Shown here: in pieces, positions 37,856 to 52,525 of the stretch
Position numbering within the stretch: the first letter of the stretch is position 1
How the letters are laid out: each line of letters starts with the position of its first letter
From: Lama glama
Lineage: Eukaryota
Direction of reading: 5' to 3'
Assembly (NCBI GenBank): GCA_028534125.1
Contig: CM052818.1
Coordinates: 8,868,001-8,932,000 of the forward strand
DNA: 64,000 nucleotides
The notes under the pieces: model-generated
Database searches by the model: none
What the model saw: only the letters and a program-made list of their open reading frames with translations
Told to the model about the DNA's origin: nothing
Program-made: the position numbers and the translations under genes

Positions 37856-40800
37856 TAGATTTTGTATTTTAATCAAGGGTAATGTTTACCTTTTTTTTTT
37901 AATATAAGATTTTTAAGTTCACTGGGTTCTAACAAATAGCCCCAAGGTAGAAAAAGTATTTGTCATGCTGAGAATGCTATGAAGTTATCATAATGTTGAA
38001 CAGCCCAGATTAGATCAACAGGAATTTATGAGCTGTTTCATGTTTCTTAAAATCTGTCCATTAGATCCTAATCCAGTTGTTTGTATTTACCACTGATAAA
38101 CAGCTTTGGTTATGGACATGTAAGTAAAACAAGTTTTTAAAAAAACCATCCCTACCCCATACCCACAACTCCCCCAGAGCCTTGCACATCTACAGAACAT
38201 GGCAGATGAAGTGCGTGCTCTCAGCTCACTCAAGTAAACAGCCTCCCATCACCACTCCACTCTCCCCTCACTTCTCAACCACTACCCACCCTCCACCCCT
38301 CAAGAATCCCACTACTGAGCTATCAAGAAAGGGCCTTCTTAAGCTTCCTCCAAACACAGTGATTTGAAGAAAAAAAAAATCCAAACCCCACAAGATATTT
38401 TCTACCCCTTAATTACAGTTCTAAAGGGCCCCGAGTCACACACAACCTGAATAATTCAAAATGTCCACACCTAAAGCTAGAGGCCACACCCTCCTTAGGT
38501 CAGCTCCTTTCCGGGGAGCCTTTGAGCACAGCTGCTGAGAAACTGAAGGTCTGAGTCCAGTACATCTCTAGCCACCCACACCACTCTGCTCGGGGCCTAA
38601 CTTGCAAGGACTAGAGAGCTCAAATAGACACTTCGAATGTATTTGCGTGGGAATCTGATAGTTAAAGAATTAGTCATCTTTTTAGCAAATAAATCATGGG
38701 TGGTTTTAAGCTTTTTGTTTTTTGGCTTCCAGATTTGAGACAAAACACTTTTCAAAAACAAACAACTCTCTGAATTAGGATGAACCATCCTAAAGTTAAG
38801 AGTAGCACCTGACCCATTATCACGGGGCCCGCGGTCTTGCCCTTTCACGTGAACAGGCTGAAAGGAAGACAAGGAGAAGTATGAGGGTGAACAGAGAAAG
38901 ACGACAAAGAGGAAAAAGACCTGGAAGGGTTCTCAGAAAAAACAGCACATGTTATGAACAGCTAACTACTTGGCAGAAATTTTCAACTCAGAAAAATAAT
39001 ATGGATATCAGTAGAATATTCCTGAAATTTCTAGAGTCAAAGATGACAGCATAATGAAGGGAAAAAGAGAAGCTCAGCACCTTACATAACAGGTTATGAA
39101 CCTCTAAGCTCATTCTTCCAGGGAAAGATTCAGGGTAAATAATACGACATGATCCAGAGCAATGAGCCAGTTACACGTTCAGGTGAGGGGGCAGAGTCAT
39201 GGGTACCTGCCATCCGCCCAGAACTGTCTGAAGTGATGGTGTGAGGTTTCTTATCACCGAAAACACCGGTCCTTCTTTTGGGACTACTTTTTGAGGATTA
39301 CATTAGGTTTGCCGACACTGGCCAAGGTTTCAGCTTCATCCCCGGCAATTCAGGCTTTTTATTTCTACAGTCAGGATCTAGCCAAGACCTCCCATCCCCT
39401 CAGCCAAAACAGGGCTCTGTGGCTCTCAAAGGAAAAGCACACTCGCCTTATGTCTGTTCAGGGATTCCGGTCGGCAGAACACCTTCCTGCCCATTTCTCA
39501 TTTGTGCCCCGTAAGGGAAGCTGAGAGGATACCACTTTGCCAGTGAGAAAAATGGAGGCTCAGAGGGGGTTAATTGAGCTGCCAGTTACCTAAGACTTAA
39601 GTGATAAGGCTGAGATAACACAGCCTTCAGGCTTCAATCCAGGGCTCTTTGGACCTCCTATTTCTACAAGGCATGGCTACATTCTTGTAACCTGGTCCAG
39701 GTCAACTGTGAAGTCGCAAGGGCTGGCTCAAGACTGAAAAGACCCAAGGCAAATCATCAGGATACATCTGTTTGTTGATAAAATTCTCCCAAGAAAGGGA
39801 AATGGGAGTCTAGAAGCTCCCAAACCCTCTTCTGAGAAGGGGCCAGCCTTCCTTATCTAAACTCCCAAACTGCAGCTCAGGCTAACACTTACTACTATTT
39901 CTAAAGGGCATTTCTTCCAAACCAACCTGAGAAGGAAGGATGGGAAAATCACCAAGATTCTCAGTTACACATATCCGTTAGGTTTAAATGTCATCTTTCA
40001 TTTGTGACCTAGGCGCAGTCCCTTGCATGAGAACTAGACTCTTCCAACAAACCAAAGTTCGTGGAAAGGATAAAGCAGTGACCTCCATAAAAATATCTGT
40101 GGGAAAAAGCTCTCTGAATATCTGACTAAATATTCCCATTACAGACCTAAAACCAATTCCATGTCCTTTTTTGAGCAGGAAGTTACACTGCTCAAAAAGA
40201 ATTTGAATGAGAAAACCTACCCTGAAGCTAGGGAAGATGTTACACAATCCTCACTGTGAAACACAGAACTTTGCAAATAACAGAAATAGAAAATCCCAAA
40301 TGCAAACAAAGAACAGCCTTAGCTTTCACCTCGTACTTGGGAGTAAATTCTCCCCAACGGGGACTGAACAGTCCTCAAATTTCTCAAACACTTCAGCTGA
40401 TTTTGTTTAACAACAACGTCCTTCTTCGCAATTCAAATGTTTAGAAAGGTAGGGACACACACACAAAAATGTGTGTTAGCTGAAACAGGATTACGGAACA
40501 GTACAGATGCCATGCTTAAACGATGTGAAAATCCAGATAAAAGGCCACACAAAACCTAAACCGGTTTAATCGGGGCAGGAGGATTACAGGTTATTTTGAA
40601 GTTCTTTCGTGCTGCTACACCGTCTCCCCTCCTGAACAGCCTCTATCCCACATGTCTAGACTGCCCGGGGTGAGGGTGGGGAGCATGCCACACACAAATC
40701 CTGCTGCGGGGTCCATTTCCAAGCCCACATCACAGCCTGTGCCTCGGCCCCACAGTCCCACACTCTCCCACACAACAGCCGTCCCTTCCGCAGGCCCGTG

Positions 40801-40869
40801 CTGTCTGCCTGAGGCCATCTATTAGAAAGGACTCCTAAAAATAAGAGTAAAATATGAACACATCTGCTT

Positions 40870-41050
40870 TAATACATACTTAGGTGCCACTGGCTATGTC
40901 CCAGGTACCAGTGATCCCTATGAAGCAGATACCCACAAAGAGGTGACTGAACTTGTCCAAGGTCACACAGCTGGCAGATGGCAGAGCCAAGATTCAAACC
41001 TAAGCGGTTCAGCTCCAGAATCTGAGTTTTAAACCATGGTGCCAGTGAAC
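40870..41050 (-). mobile_element. MIR SINE
   Basis: aacttgtccaaggtcacacagctggcagatggcagagccaagattcaaacc. Confidence 0.8.
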
Positions 41051-42749
41051 ACTGCAACTCAGGCTTATGATTAAAGGAATGAAAGGGATGATAGTCTGAT
41101 TTTCAGTGGTTAATCTTCTTAAGAAATCATTTAAAATTTTCAAAGCTTTATATCTATACATTTTAACCCTCAAAGTACCGTCAGTCAATATGGGAGGCAG
41201 GGTGATATCGTAAGTAACATTTGCTGAATGACTATTCTATAGTCATTTTATTTCCCAATATGCAGTCCAAACAATCCCAATGTTTCATTCCTGGACATGA
41301 GACTGGGAATCACTGAAGAGGATGATCCTTAAAGGTTTCCTCCAGTTCTGTCAGCAAAGTGCTGGCCAGAAGACATTTAAAGTGGTCATTGACAGCCAGA
41401 AGGACCCATTCTCACAAAATTCTGAGTCAAGGACCGACTCCTCCACCCCAAGGGGCTCAGGCATGTTAGGCAGATGGCCACCAAGAGCTAGTGAGGGACA
41501 CAGCCAGCAACCATACCCAGGCCCAACCCAAAACCTGAGTACAAGACTGTCTATGTGCCACCCCTCACCAACCTACCCAGTACTAAGGTTAAGGAGAAAA
41601 GAAATGAAATGATGACATTTCACTGTAATCATAAAATGAAATGACCAGCCAGCCACTTCCATCCAGGCAGGCTGAAGCTGGGAGGCTGGAAATCCAAGCC
41701 CCTGATTAGGTGTTAGGGGTCTAAGCTAGCAGCCTCCGTGTCCAGGGGGTCCTGCGTCCTGTTCCCTGTCCTGCACAAACTGGACACACAAATCCTCAAA
41801 GAGAAAGAACCCAACTCCTCTGCCATGTCATGGGGGCAGGGGACTTGAACGTTACTCTGCCTGCCCAACCACCAGCACCATCTTCCTCCCTGCTCCCCAT
41901 CCTGGCCCCAGAATCCTGGCTGGAGTGGCTTTCCGAAATCCTTACCCGCCAGGCTGCTAACATATGCAGCCCTCTCCAGGTTCCACTCAGATAAAGAGAC
42001 AAGGACAGTTTGCAGCTAAGTGATTCCGAGGGAGAGAGAACACACCCCAGCACTCAGGGTAGACAGCAGGGTGATAAGGGTGTGAGTGCAGCAGCTCAGT
42101 GGGAACAGAAGAGCTGAATATACCTAGAGCTTGTTCCTTAACAGGAACAGAAAGCCTGGCCTGGGTTCTTGCCATGGCCGGGGAGCCCCAGGATTCCCCT
42201 ACCACCTCACCTAGAAGCTGGCACGAAGAGGAAATGTGTGTCTGACTGCTTTCTGGTCCGCAAGTCACGGAACTACCACCAGCTAAATTCAAGGACTTTG
42301 CCTCATGGTCACTAGTAGTACCCTTCATGCTCAAAATTTAAAGGGAAAAGTATATATGATGAATCAATTCACCTACATGTCCCCACAGGTGACATTACAC
42401 ATCAAAGTGTCTGCTGGACAAGTTCTGGTCCCCACTGATTATAGTTTCCCGAAAGCCCAGTGTGGCTGATTTTCTCAAATGGTATTTATCATTTAAAATC
42501 AAATCAATCACCAAGTTCATTCTTCAAATAACACATATAGAACTTTCAGAAAAGGAGGAAGAAAATTTAGTAAACAATGACAGGGAATTAACCCTCTCAG
42601 AGGCCATGATGCCCCTGTCTTTAGTAAAACTGGTAAGAGTTTTAGATCTTCAGTCTACAAGATTATGTCATCATAAAACAAGGCTGGTAGATGTTTGAGG
42701 ACAGAAATGTCCCAGGATCCATTTTCACTTTGGAAAGTCAGCCTGGTAC

Positions 42750-42885
42750 CCTGAGTCAGACAGCCCAGAGTTAAATTCTGGTTATGCTACCTACTTGCTG
42801 TGTGACCTTATGCAAGTTACTTGACCTCTCTGCGTCCCAGTTTCCTCATTTGTAAGATGGGGATGATATAACCTACCATACCAGT
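42750..42885 (+). mobile_element. MIR SINE
   Basis: gctgtgtgaccttatgcaagttacttgacctctctg..cagtttcctcatttgtaagatgggg. Confidence 0.85.
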
Positions 42886-43855
42886 TTCTTGTCCACCAAG
42901 CAATGGGCACTCAATAGTTCCTCCTGGGTTTCGATTTCTCCACCAAACACTAAGCACATTTTTCAAGTTTTGTCATTCATTGCCTTTCTCTAGAAACCCA
43001 CCTGAATAAACAGGTATTTTAGTCATCCGGTCAAGTTCATGGAATACAGGTGTTCAGTAGAAATTAGATTAATTAAATACACACTTTCTTTGAAGAAGTG
43101 ACACTGGAGAATCTCATGTGTGCTGGGCAACGACATATATATATTTATGTAACTCTGCCTCACTTTATAAAGTACTATACTAGGAAGAATTTAAAGGATT
43201 TTCTAGAGTTTAGGGGTGATAAGGATATCAGAAGTAGTGAGTCCACATTAGACCTGGGGGTTGGGGCAAGATCTGAAGAGGTAAAATTGGGGTGAAGAGC
43301 CCAACCCAGCCCTCATTTCCCACCAGCAGCCCCAGACCCACCTGTGTGGGAATGCAGGCACACGGGATGCTGAGGAGTTTCCTGCTGAGGGCTCCGTCCC
43401 TCCTCCGGCAGCACACCCAAGCCAGCAAACCTCCACCCATCCCTAAATAGAGGAGCCTCCACACTTCCTTCCTGGTGAGGGGAGCACCTCCAGCAATTGT
43501 TCCCCCGACTGAGGCCATGACTGTAGAGGGACAGGGTGAATGTGCCTTAGGGAAGGAAGGCCCTTGGTAGACACTTAAAACTTGGGGGCATCTATTTGCC
43601 TGAGTGGGAAACCATTTCAGAAAAGAAAAGCTGCATGCAATGCAGGCAGTCACTTTCTGGGAAGCTTAATGTGTCCGGAAGCCCTTGTTGAGAGCCTGTA
43701 CGTGGCTATGGCTTGGTAAGTGTTTCCACTCCGAGCTCCAGAACCTACGTACAAATGGGTATAGTCTAGCAGGCTCTCAAAACACCCTGAGAGAAACCTT
43801 CTAGAGATTTCTCTCAGATTCATCCTTCTGTTAGCTTAGGTGGGCGACACAGGAT

Positions 43856-44160
43856 GCATTTCAGTCTGGGTCCAACCAGGAGGCAGAAACCACATAGTAA
43901 CTGAAGCAGGGGAAGTTTAAATATAGGATAACTAGTTTGAATAACTATAAAGATAAAAAAGAACTCTAAAGGGTGCCCTGCACCAGGTGAAAGGTACTAA
44001 AGAAAGGATTAATGGAGAAGAAAGGTTCAGTGCTTGCAGTAAAAGCTACAGGTGGCAGCTCCCGGGTGCCCAGGCCAGAGGTGGTCCAGTCACCAGGAAA
44101 GCAGGAGCAGCACTCTGGGGTGCAGGCACAAAGCCTGGAACACACTTATCCTTTCACTGT
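43856..44160. mobile_element. Ancient ERVL-type (LTR33-like) LTR fragment
   Basis: cagtctgggtccaaccaggaggcagaaaccaca..aagtttaatataggataact. Confidence 0.4.
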
Positions 44161-46385
44161 CCAGCACCCAAGAGCACGGAGCTACCCATGTTGACTGTGG
44201 ACACTGTCCTTTTTAAATCTTCACACAAAAAAGGAGCTCTGCTTGTTTCAAACAACCCCATCATTCACGTGCGTCCTTCCTGATTGCCACTCCTCACGCC
44301 CCTTGCCCATTTTCTATGTTGGGATGTTCGAATCTCATTAAATCTTCACAACAAGCTAAAAAATGTGAAGCAATTATTCTGAGGTCACAAAGCTAATCCG
44401 GGTGGAGCCAGCACTTGGACCCTGGACCCTGAACCCAAATCTAAACTCTTGCTCAAAGAGGATTTCAAGAATCCCCCAGTAAAGTTGTACCTAAAAAAAA
44501 AAAAAAAAAGTTAGGAAATGAAATCCTGGCATTTGTGGGTACCTGGAAGATGTAGGTAGTTCCAAGGAAAGCCAGAGGGTCAAGTTTTATTTTTCAGCAG
44601 CACGGGAAAGTAATGACGTAGACAAAATCACCAGCTGGGAACCATCTGCTGGCGGAAGGTGCCCAGAGGTCCCGGTATGCTAAGGCAGGCAGCTGCCCTG
44701 CCACGGGTGGAATCCCTGCAGGTGTGTGTTAGGTATTTTCCACACGGAAGGTAAGAGACTGGCATGGGCTTAAAAAGTGGCCTGGTCTAACAAAACCGTC
44801 CTTGCATCAAGAGCCATCTACACAGAGAAAATACTGCCTTTCCCCCCACCTCGCCTCCCCTCCAGCACCACAGCCTGAGGCTGAAGGGATCCCAGCACAG
44901 TCCTCCCACCTGCTAGGGGTTGACCCCCAAGCTGCCTAGAACCCAGCTCTCGCGGCTCTGAGAGGAAGGGACACCAGCTTGTGTCAGAAAAGGTGACGGA
45001 AGAGCAAGTGTTGGCCACAAACTGTGCCCTCTCACCCTCTTACTTGTTTGCTCTGGAACACGCACACACATTCCACACACAGGCCATATCCCGATTTCAT
45101 GACCAGAAAGAAGCCATGAGAACTTTTCCCAGGGCCGCGCAGCTCTCTGACTCCAACCAGCTCACTTACAGAAGAAGAAACCAAAGTACAGCGAGGCACA
45201 GAGCCAAGGTCAGCACAGGGAGGAGTCCCTGAGTGGGAATCATCGGTGACAAAATCAAATCCTCTTCTCACAGTTTATAGCTTCAATTCTGGGCCACTGA
45301 CATACAAAACACAAGGCCAGAAAGGCCAATTGCCCCAGCATCACCTTCTGTGGTGCCTTCCCGGGTCCCTCCCCTGCCAGACTATGGTTTTATTACTTCC
45401 TCTCTGCAGTTTTCACACCTCGCACTCATTTCTCTGACTTACCACACCTTGTTGGTAACAACTCCACAGGGCCCCCAGGGCAGGGGCTGGGCCATGTCAC
45501 TTCTACATCTGTGGTCTGCCCCTCAGACAGTACAATAAATAATTCTGAGGACAAGAAGGACATAAAAGGGGAGGGGCAGTAAAGAAGCAAGGACTAACTA
45601 AAGGAAATCTGTAATTCTTTGATCTTTTTTGCTCTCTTGCTCTAAACAAACCAGCGCTGAGTAATTTCACACCCAAGCCCTACATTTCCAGGCCCCCGGG
45701 ATATTCGCCCTGGCCCTCCGCTGTCTGTCAGTCCAGGCCACTCCTTTTCATAACCATCATAAGCCTTTCCCAATTCCTGCACTTTCCTCTCAATGCCCCA
45801 CGCCTCCCCAACCAGGGCAGCATTACTGGATGCCATTTCAATGCAGGACATCACCTAAAGAAACCTCAGGAAAGTCTCATACGACTAAATAAATCTGTAA
45901 ACAAACAAAGGCCCAAAGGATGAGAGGAGGGGAGGAAGAAGGCAATTAAAAATTAATAAAAATGCTTAAACATAAATTACAGTACTGGGCTAGAAACAGA
46001 ATCCCATTATACAAATTAAGTTATCAAACTGACCTTGTATAAATGCTTCTGGAAACAAGCAGGCCATGAGCCATGGCTGGGCAATCTCAGTGGGCAGAGG
46101 TGGGGAGGAGGAAGTAATTTGGTGCTTGCTATGTGGGCAACTTGTGCCTACAGTCAGTCACACACAGAAACACTGGCGAAATCAATTAAGAAAGAATATT
46201 TTCATATTCTTTGGAAAAGAATCTGGAAAAGAGATTACTGTCATTTTACACAGTAAAACGCATGAAAAATTCAATTAAGACTAACTGAAGAAAATTAAAA
46301 GTTCACTCTCCTCATAGTTTTAGGATTGACTTTCAAAATTATATCATTCCTCACCACTTAATTCCATGGGTTGTGATTCTTTAAA

Positions 46386-46458
46386 TATTTTATTTTATTT
46401 TGGGGGGCAGGGAGGAGGTAATTAGGTTTATTTATTTATTTACTTAATGCAGGTACTC
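46386..46458 (-). mobile_element. 5'-truncated vic-1-like SINE tail
   Basis: ggaggtaattaggtttatttatttatttacttaatgcaggtact matches the extended tail of the 36046 copy. Confidence 0.65.
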
Positions 46459-49400
46459 CCTGTGAGAAGTAACATTTTAGACTTTAAGACAATCACTTTA
46501 ATGTTAAGCACTCAGGCAGCCAAATTCAGTCTGCCATTTTTTCTGGCAAAGAGATTCACCTATGTCGCTTCCGAAAGGTATGCTATAAACTCTTCCAAAT
46601 CAATCACTGCCCTTCTCAGTCCTATCAAAGTATATCTGGCAATTCTTGTCCCCATGAAACGTAGTTTCACAGTATCCCCAACAATACTTGCAAAACAAAA
46701 GTTTACACGTGTTCACATTTATTTCCAAAGTAAAACCATAATCTCAAAATAAGCATTGTTTGAACATGCAGCAAGCTTGCACTGCATATGGGATGGCATT
46801 TTAAAATTAGCCTTCTTTTGTAACTTAATATTTAAATTAATACCAATGACATTCATTGCGTTTATCATAAGTAATTTAATAAATTACCTTGGGAAATCTC
46901 AATTTCGTGGCTGTTGGGATGAAGGCTGCTGGTGACGCATTTTGGTACAACAAAGGGGATGTTTGTTAAGGAGCATGAATCACCTCACCTTGGGCTCCAG
47001 GACTCCCTGCTTGGCCACGTGGAGTCTCTCAGAGAAGCAGCTTTGAGATAACTGCCTGACTTTCTTAAAAATACACATGAAAATCACAGAGAGTTGTGCA
47101 GAATTGGCATGGGCAGAGATTTAAATAATGTTGTATTAAAATAAAAGGAATCAACAGGTCTGACATTTTGGGAGAGGGGAAAAAGCCATGAAATGAAGAA
47201 ACGGGGTTGAGGGACCAGGGACATTCCTTACAACAAGAGAAATGAATGAGAGCACACCAGCCCCAACCTGTTCTCGGGGGCTCGACCATGCGCACAGGCC
47301 GGGAAGCGTGCCAAGGGCCCAGTGGGATACACGGTCCTGGGAAGGGCTTCCTGAGGTCTTCTCATCTTACAGATAAGTGAACTGAGTGAACTGCTTCCAG
47401 AAACTTGTCTGAGGTTCCCAAGATGGAGAGTCAAGGGAGGGAGCAGGAACTGGGAACCCAAATGGGCAGCTCCCAGCCCACCAATCCACCCCAGCTGCTG
47501 TCAAACTTGAAGACAGGCATGGAGCTGCATGGCTGGCACAACCCAGATGGACGAGAGTACGCATCCCTCACTACGGGCTCTCACAAGACTCAATCCTAGA
47601 TCCAAGTATGCGACCCTCAAAAGCCCCTTCTGGGCCTCCTTGGCCCCAGCCCGGCTTAAGAACTGCTGTCCTCATTCACACCATGGCTCACGCTGGCTTC
47701 CTCCAGCCTGAGACATCCATTCTCTTGCTTCTTAATCCTGCCCCCATCCTTAAAGGCCCAAGTTCAAATCCCTCTGCCTCCTCCATGACAACAGCCTGGG
47801 TTCCTCCAGTGCACGGTATTTAATCCTCTCCTCCTGGCACTTGGGGTCCCCCAAAACAGAGGCCCCTCCAAAGGAGTACCAAGAGCTAGTTACCTAGAAC
47901 CATCTCCACCCTCAGCAATGCTTCCTAGCCCGAACAGTTCCAGGTGAGCTGAGAGCCTTTCTCTTTAACACCAAGGGAGGCAGGACCAGGGGCTCCGCAC
48001 CCTGGGGGCTGTACCAGTGCCAGGGTTGGGGGAGCACCTACCACCTACCCGCTGAGCACCAGGCACTGCTCCTCGCTGACACATATTGAGCATCCAATTA
48101 AAATGGGTGCTCCCCAGGGATGCCACCTCTGCTCCAGAGTCAAGGGCCATCCTCCTCCCAGAAGACAACCTTTCCAGTGACAAGTGACTCTGGGGTGGCA
48201 ACTTCAGGATGGGGTACCAAACAAGCAGAACGATTCCCCCTCTCCCTCAGCTCCCATCTTCCAGATGCCTATCCTGTTTCTTTTCTCTTTCTCAAAGGCT
48301 GTTAAATTTCAACAAGTTACTGATAGATGCTTGAAGATTGTTGTTTTTAGGGTTATTTTTTAATATCAAAATAAACCATATGAATTTAAAATATACTTCC
48401 TCAAAACAGTGACATTTTGGTCTTCTGTCCAAATGTTCTATTAAAGCAGAAGGTATTCAACCAAGACTTATGTCTACACATTTAAAGAAGGGATGAAATA
48501 GTAACATTGCTTTCTCTGGCCACCTGCCAAGAAAAATTTGTTGCCAAAATAAGAGAGAACATGTTGTTTGCTCAGTATAGGAGCACACTGCTGAGCAGCT
48601 CAGAAATTGGGCCTCTTTTACCAAGCAGTTTAAATCACCTAATTCTACATGTGTCTGTGAATGTTACCTTCATATATCATACACTATCACCCCCATGGAA
48701 ACATCAGGGACCATGGTAATCCCTGTGTCTCCCAGCACCGTTTGTTCCCCCTGTCCACTCCTCCCTCCCCCTGGGGGGTCCAATCGCTCCCAGAAGTTCC
48801 AAGTCTCTACACTGATGACTCGCATACCCATCCCTGAAGGTCCAGCACGGGCTTGCCCTCCTACTCTGGGTGGTGCCCAAACAGCCTTTCAGTCACGCGT
48901 CGGGTAGGGACAGAAAAAGAGAGGTCACTGTGCTGAAACCAGTGATGGCCACCTGAGGCTTCATTACATCACTCTGTGTATCTGCACTGGCTTGAAAATT
49001 TCCATTATAGTTTTTTTTTCCCCTCAAGAGGAGGCATCAGAACCTCGAGAAAAGAAAATTCAAAAGAAAGAAAACAGTCAGTTAAAAATAGGAGTATTCA
49101 TGAGAGATATTTTAAGTTCATTTGAAGAAAATAATTCCTTATGTGGTGAAGGGAGAAGAAAAATAAAAGGCTGCATCTCATTTACTTAAAGAATAAAAGC
49201 TACATGAGTTCCTTATAAACAAGTATCAAATTTAGCTATAAAATAATAAATGTAAAATACTGTCATTAGTTCCAAAGGTTAAATATTTAGAGAGGATGGT
49301 ATTTGTACCAACCCCACTTTAACCCTTTTAATGTTAGACAAATAGATTTGATTCTGAAAACATCACCAGGCTTTCACTGAACAATCTAGAGCCAGACTTA

Positions 49401-50477
49401 AAAGTTGTTTTTTGTCTTAAACATAACTGTGCTACCCCGTGATCAGGACTCAAAAAAAAAAAAAAACACTTCTGAGAAGCATTTGGATGTTAAGTGCTTT
49501 TCAAAGAAAATAAACAACAATAGAATTCTGAAGCACAAATTATAAGTCAGCAAGTTTATGGTCCATGGAAGTAACCTTGCTGGAGTGTTAACATTTTCAT
49601 ATTCATGACTGCACTGGATTCAAACAATCAACATAGGAGCTTGGCTGTGCAGGCTTTTTCCTATTAGGCAGGGGGTAGAGAAGGGGAGGGAACCTGCTAA
49701 TTGGGTTACCCTGGTTACAAAGATATTTGATGTCAGCTCAGGGACCCAAACCTGCTTCAAGTTCTCCACAGGGACCAGTCTCCCTTTTCAGTAAGTTGCT
49801 CCCCAGTCTCTGCGAGATTACTGTCCCTCTGACAGCCCTGCTGACCCCCTGGCGTTCTGTATCAACTTCACCCTCCCCTCAGAGCTCTCCCTCTCCAGTA
49901 GCTCCAGCATAGGCTCCACCCCTTCTCCGTCAACTTCCTGAAAAGGTTCCATTCCTGGTACGCCCCTGTGTTGTACCCTGACCTTCCCAATCCCCTTCAC
50001 TCTCTAGAATCTTTACAGTCCTCAGCCTCCACTAACTTCCCGGAGCACCTAACACTGCTGGCTCTCCACTGCCTACCCCAACTTCAAGACCACCCCCAAC
50101 CCCAATTCTCTACTGGTTCTCTTGCATTTTGGCAGCCTTTGCTTCTGGTCCCATCTCCTGAAATGGGCACTCTCCACAGTCCTGGGCTCAAGCCTACTGC
50201 TGGGTCTTCCTTTGCCCTCCACTCCTGTCCTGTAGACCCACTACCAGACACCACCACAGTCTCCAACGTCCCGACGTTAAAAAAAAAAACCCCAGTATAC
50301 CTGCACCTATGGGCCACTTCCTTCACACCTCCCTGAACTGGTTTCCACATCTCATTCCATGAGAATCTTTCTCTCACATTCCCTTTCAAATAGATCACAC
50401 ACATACACTTTAATCCTTTACCATCCCTGACCTGCTTTGGGCCCTCAGTTTTCCCCCAGCAAGACTGATGCAGTGAC

Positions 50478-50960
50478 CTAATTCAACACATATCAAGCAT
50501 CTACTTAAGCCAAGCAAGGTTTCGAACAGACCACAAAAAAATGAAGTTACGTGGTCGATTATCACAAAGTTGATAAGCGCTTAGACGCAGTAATACAAAG
50601 CACAGCACGCACAGTACCACAGTACGGGGAGACGGATGGGGCCAGTCAGAGAGAGAAGGTGGAGTGAAAGGGGCGGGAAGATTCCAGGAAGAGGAAACAG
50701 CCAGTGCAAAGGCCAGAGATAGGAGAGCTCGAAGGCCGAAGGCCAGCGTGAGCTGGGGGAGAGAGAGGAGCAGGAGAGAACTGAGCCAGGGGCCTGACAG
50801 GTGACACAGAACTTTGGCTTTACTATGAGGGAGGCTGGAGGATTCTGAGCAGAGAAGTAGGTAAAGCAGTTTCAATTTTTAAAGATTCCTTCGGCTCCTT
50901 CCAAAACAGACTATTGCAGGGCAAATGGGAAGTGAGGAGTCCCATTAGGAGGCCATAAAA
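50478..50960 (-). mobile_element. L2 fragment
   Basis: attcaacacatatcaagcatctac, aagattccaggaagaggaaacagccagtgcaaaggcc, gaggattctgagcagagaag. Confidence 0.7.
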
Positions 50961-50999
50961 TGACCATGATCACACCTGCCTCACAGCCACCTCTCTGGC

Positions 51000-51510
51000 T
51001 CAAGCTCATCTTCTCAAATGCAAGCCTGACCATGACATGTCACCACATTCTCTCCACGACAACTTTCCACAACTCCCCAGGACCTCTGTAACTATCGAAT
51101 GCTACTTCTCTGCAGTCACCATGGCCACACTGTGTCCTATTAACCCTCCCTAAGCACCCTACCCTTCAAACCCACGAGATCACCTGCAGTTTCCCTGACA
51201 CACCACAACAAGCCTGCAATCCTCAACTGCCTCTGCCCTCCTTTCTTTGCCCTTGAGAAGTTATTTATTCATCCCTCAAGGCTAAGCCCCATGCCACTTC
51301 CTCAGGAAGCCTTTCTTGGCTGCCCCCCAAAATGCACTTTCCTTGCACCTCTACCAGAGCACTCTCTCGTTCGTTCCTGGTTAGAGTTCCCCCTAGACTG
51401 CTAACTCCTTGACAGCAAGAACTGTTCTGACCCATCTCGGAATACACAGGGGCCAAGCACAGTACAAGACATCACAGTGCTCAATCAGTGCATGCCAGCT
51501 AAGTGAACAA
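51000..51510 (+). mobile_element. L2 fragment (3' end)
   Basis: tattcatccctcaaggct..cacttcctcaggaagcctt, cccctagactgctaactccttgacagcaagaactgt, gtgctcaat. Confidence 0.6.
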
Positions 51511-52410
51511 ATTGATCCTTTTGTTATATTTCATCCTGAGGTCCTGATAGGGGGATTGGGGTGGGTGGTGGTTGTCCAAGGACAGGTTCACCCCCTTGGC
51601 TACTGTAATCTGGAGGCCAGGGCTCCCTCTGATGGAGCCTCTGGAGACTGCATGGTACAGACACAAGTAGGGGCCAGAGTGGGGATGGAGTTGAACCCAG
51701 GCCTTCAAAGCCTCTGTCCTCTCAACCAGGTATCTCTAGGAAGGCCCACAGAATTTGTTCTACATTTGCCTACAGTGTTGGCTATGTGTTTTTCCTTGTC
51801 TCATTCTAGAAGTATGCAGAGGTAGAGAAAAGCTTCTAGAATGATCCCAACCAAGTTAATAGTAGTTAACAGTATTAAGAGATGATGGAATTAATTTTAT
51901 TTTCTTTACTTTATCTTGACTTCTTTCCCCTAAATAAACATCATAAGAAAAAAGTCTTTTAGAAAGAATGCCAAAGTACCACCAAGTTACCTTTAAAGAA
52001 TGGCTCCAAAAATAAAAACGTATTAAAAAAAAAAAAAGGAACACATAAACACTGGAGACAATTGACTATACAATACCACTTACAGAGGAACACTATAAGA
52101 AGTGAAAATGTTTTAAATGGCTTGTCTGAAGCATGCAAGTAACAACTAGTCTTATGCTTTCATTTCTGAATTAATTATTTCACAAAACATAAAGCAGGAA
52201 AATGTTGTTCTGGGCATCCTGGGTACTTACTGATCCCTCTTAACTAAATGAAACTCTTCCATGGGCTTCATAATCGAGTGTAAACCAGCTGTCATCACTG
52301 CACCCTAGCTCATAACACACAGGTGTCTGATCAGCTCTAAATGGGACACTTCAATGACTGTCATTTTATGCGTAACAGAGGAAAATGTTAATTAAAAATG
52401 ATAAGGGACC

Positions 52411-52525
52411 AGGGGAAGGTCTAGCTCAAGTGGTAGAGTGCCTGCTTAGCATGCAAGAGGTCCTGGGTTCAATCCCCAGTATATCTCCATTAAAAAAAAT
52501 AAACAAAATGTAAAAGAAAAAAACT
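52411..52525 (+). mobile_element. vic-1-like SINE, full length
   Basis: tagctcaagtggtagagtgcctgcttagcatgcaagaggtcctgggttcaatccccagta plus A tail; imperfect TSD aaaaatgataaggga / aaaaataacaaggga. Confidence 0.9.

Noticed and set aside
50478..51510. Inverted L2 pair as a dsRNA source
   Set aside because: The copies are too diverged for me to see extended complementarity.
52411..52490. tRNA-Ala-like genes (also at 6615, 17661, 36046)
   Set aside because: They have A/B boxes but also A-tails, TSDs and no proper acceptor stem, so they are SINEs and not tRNAs.
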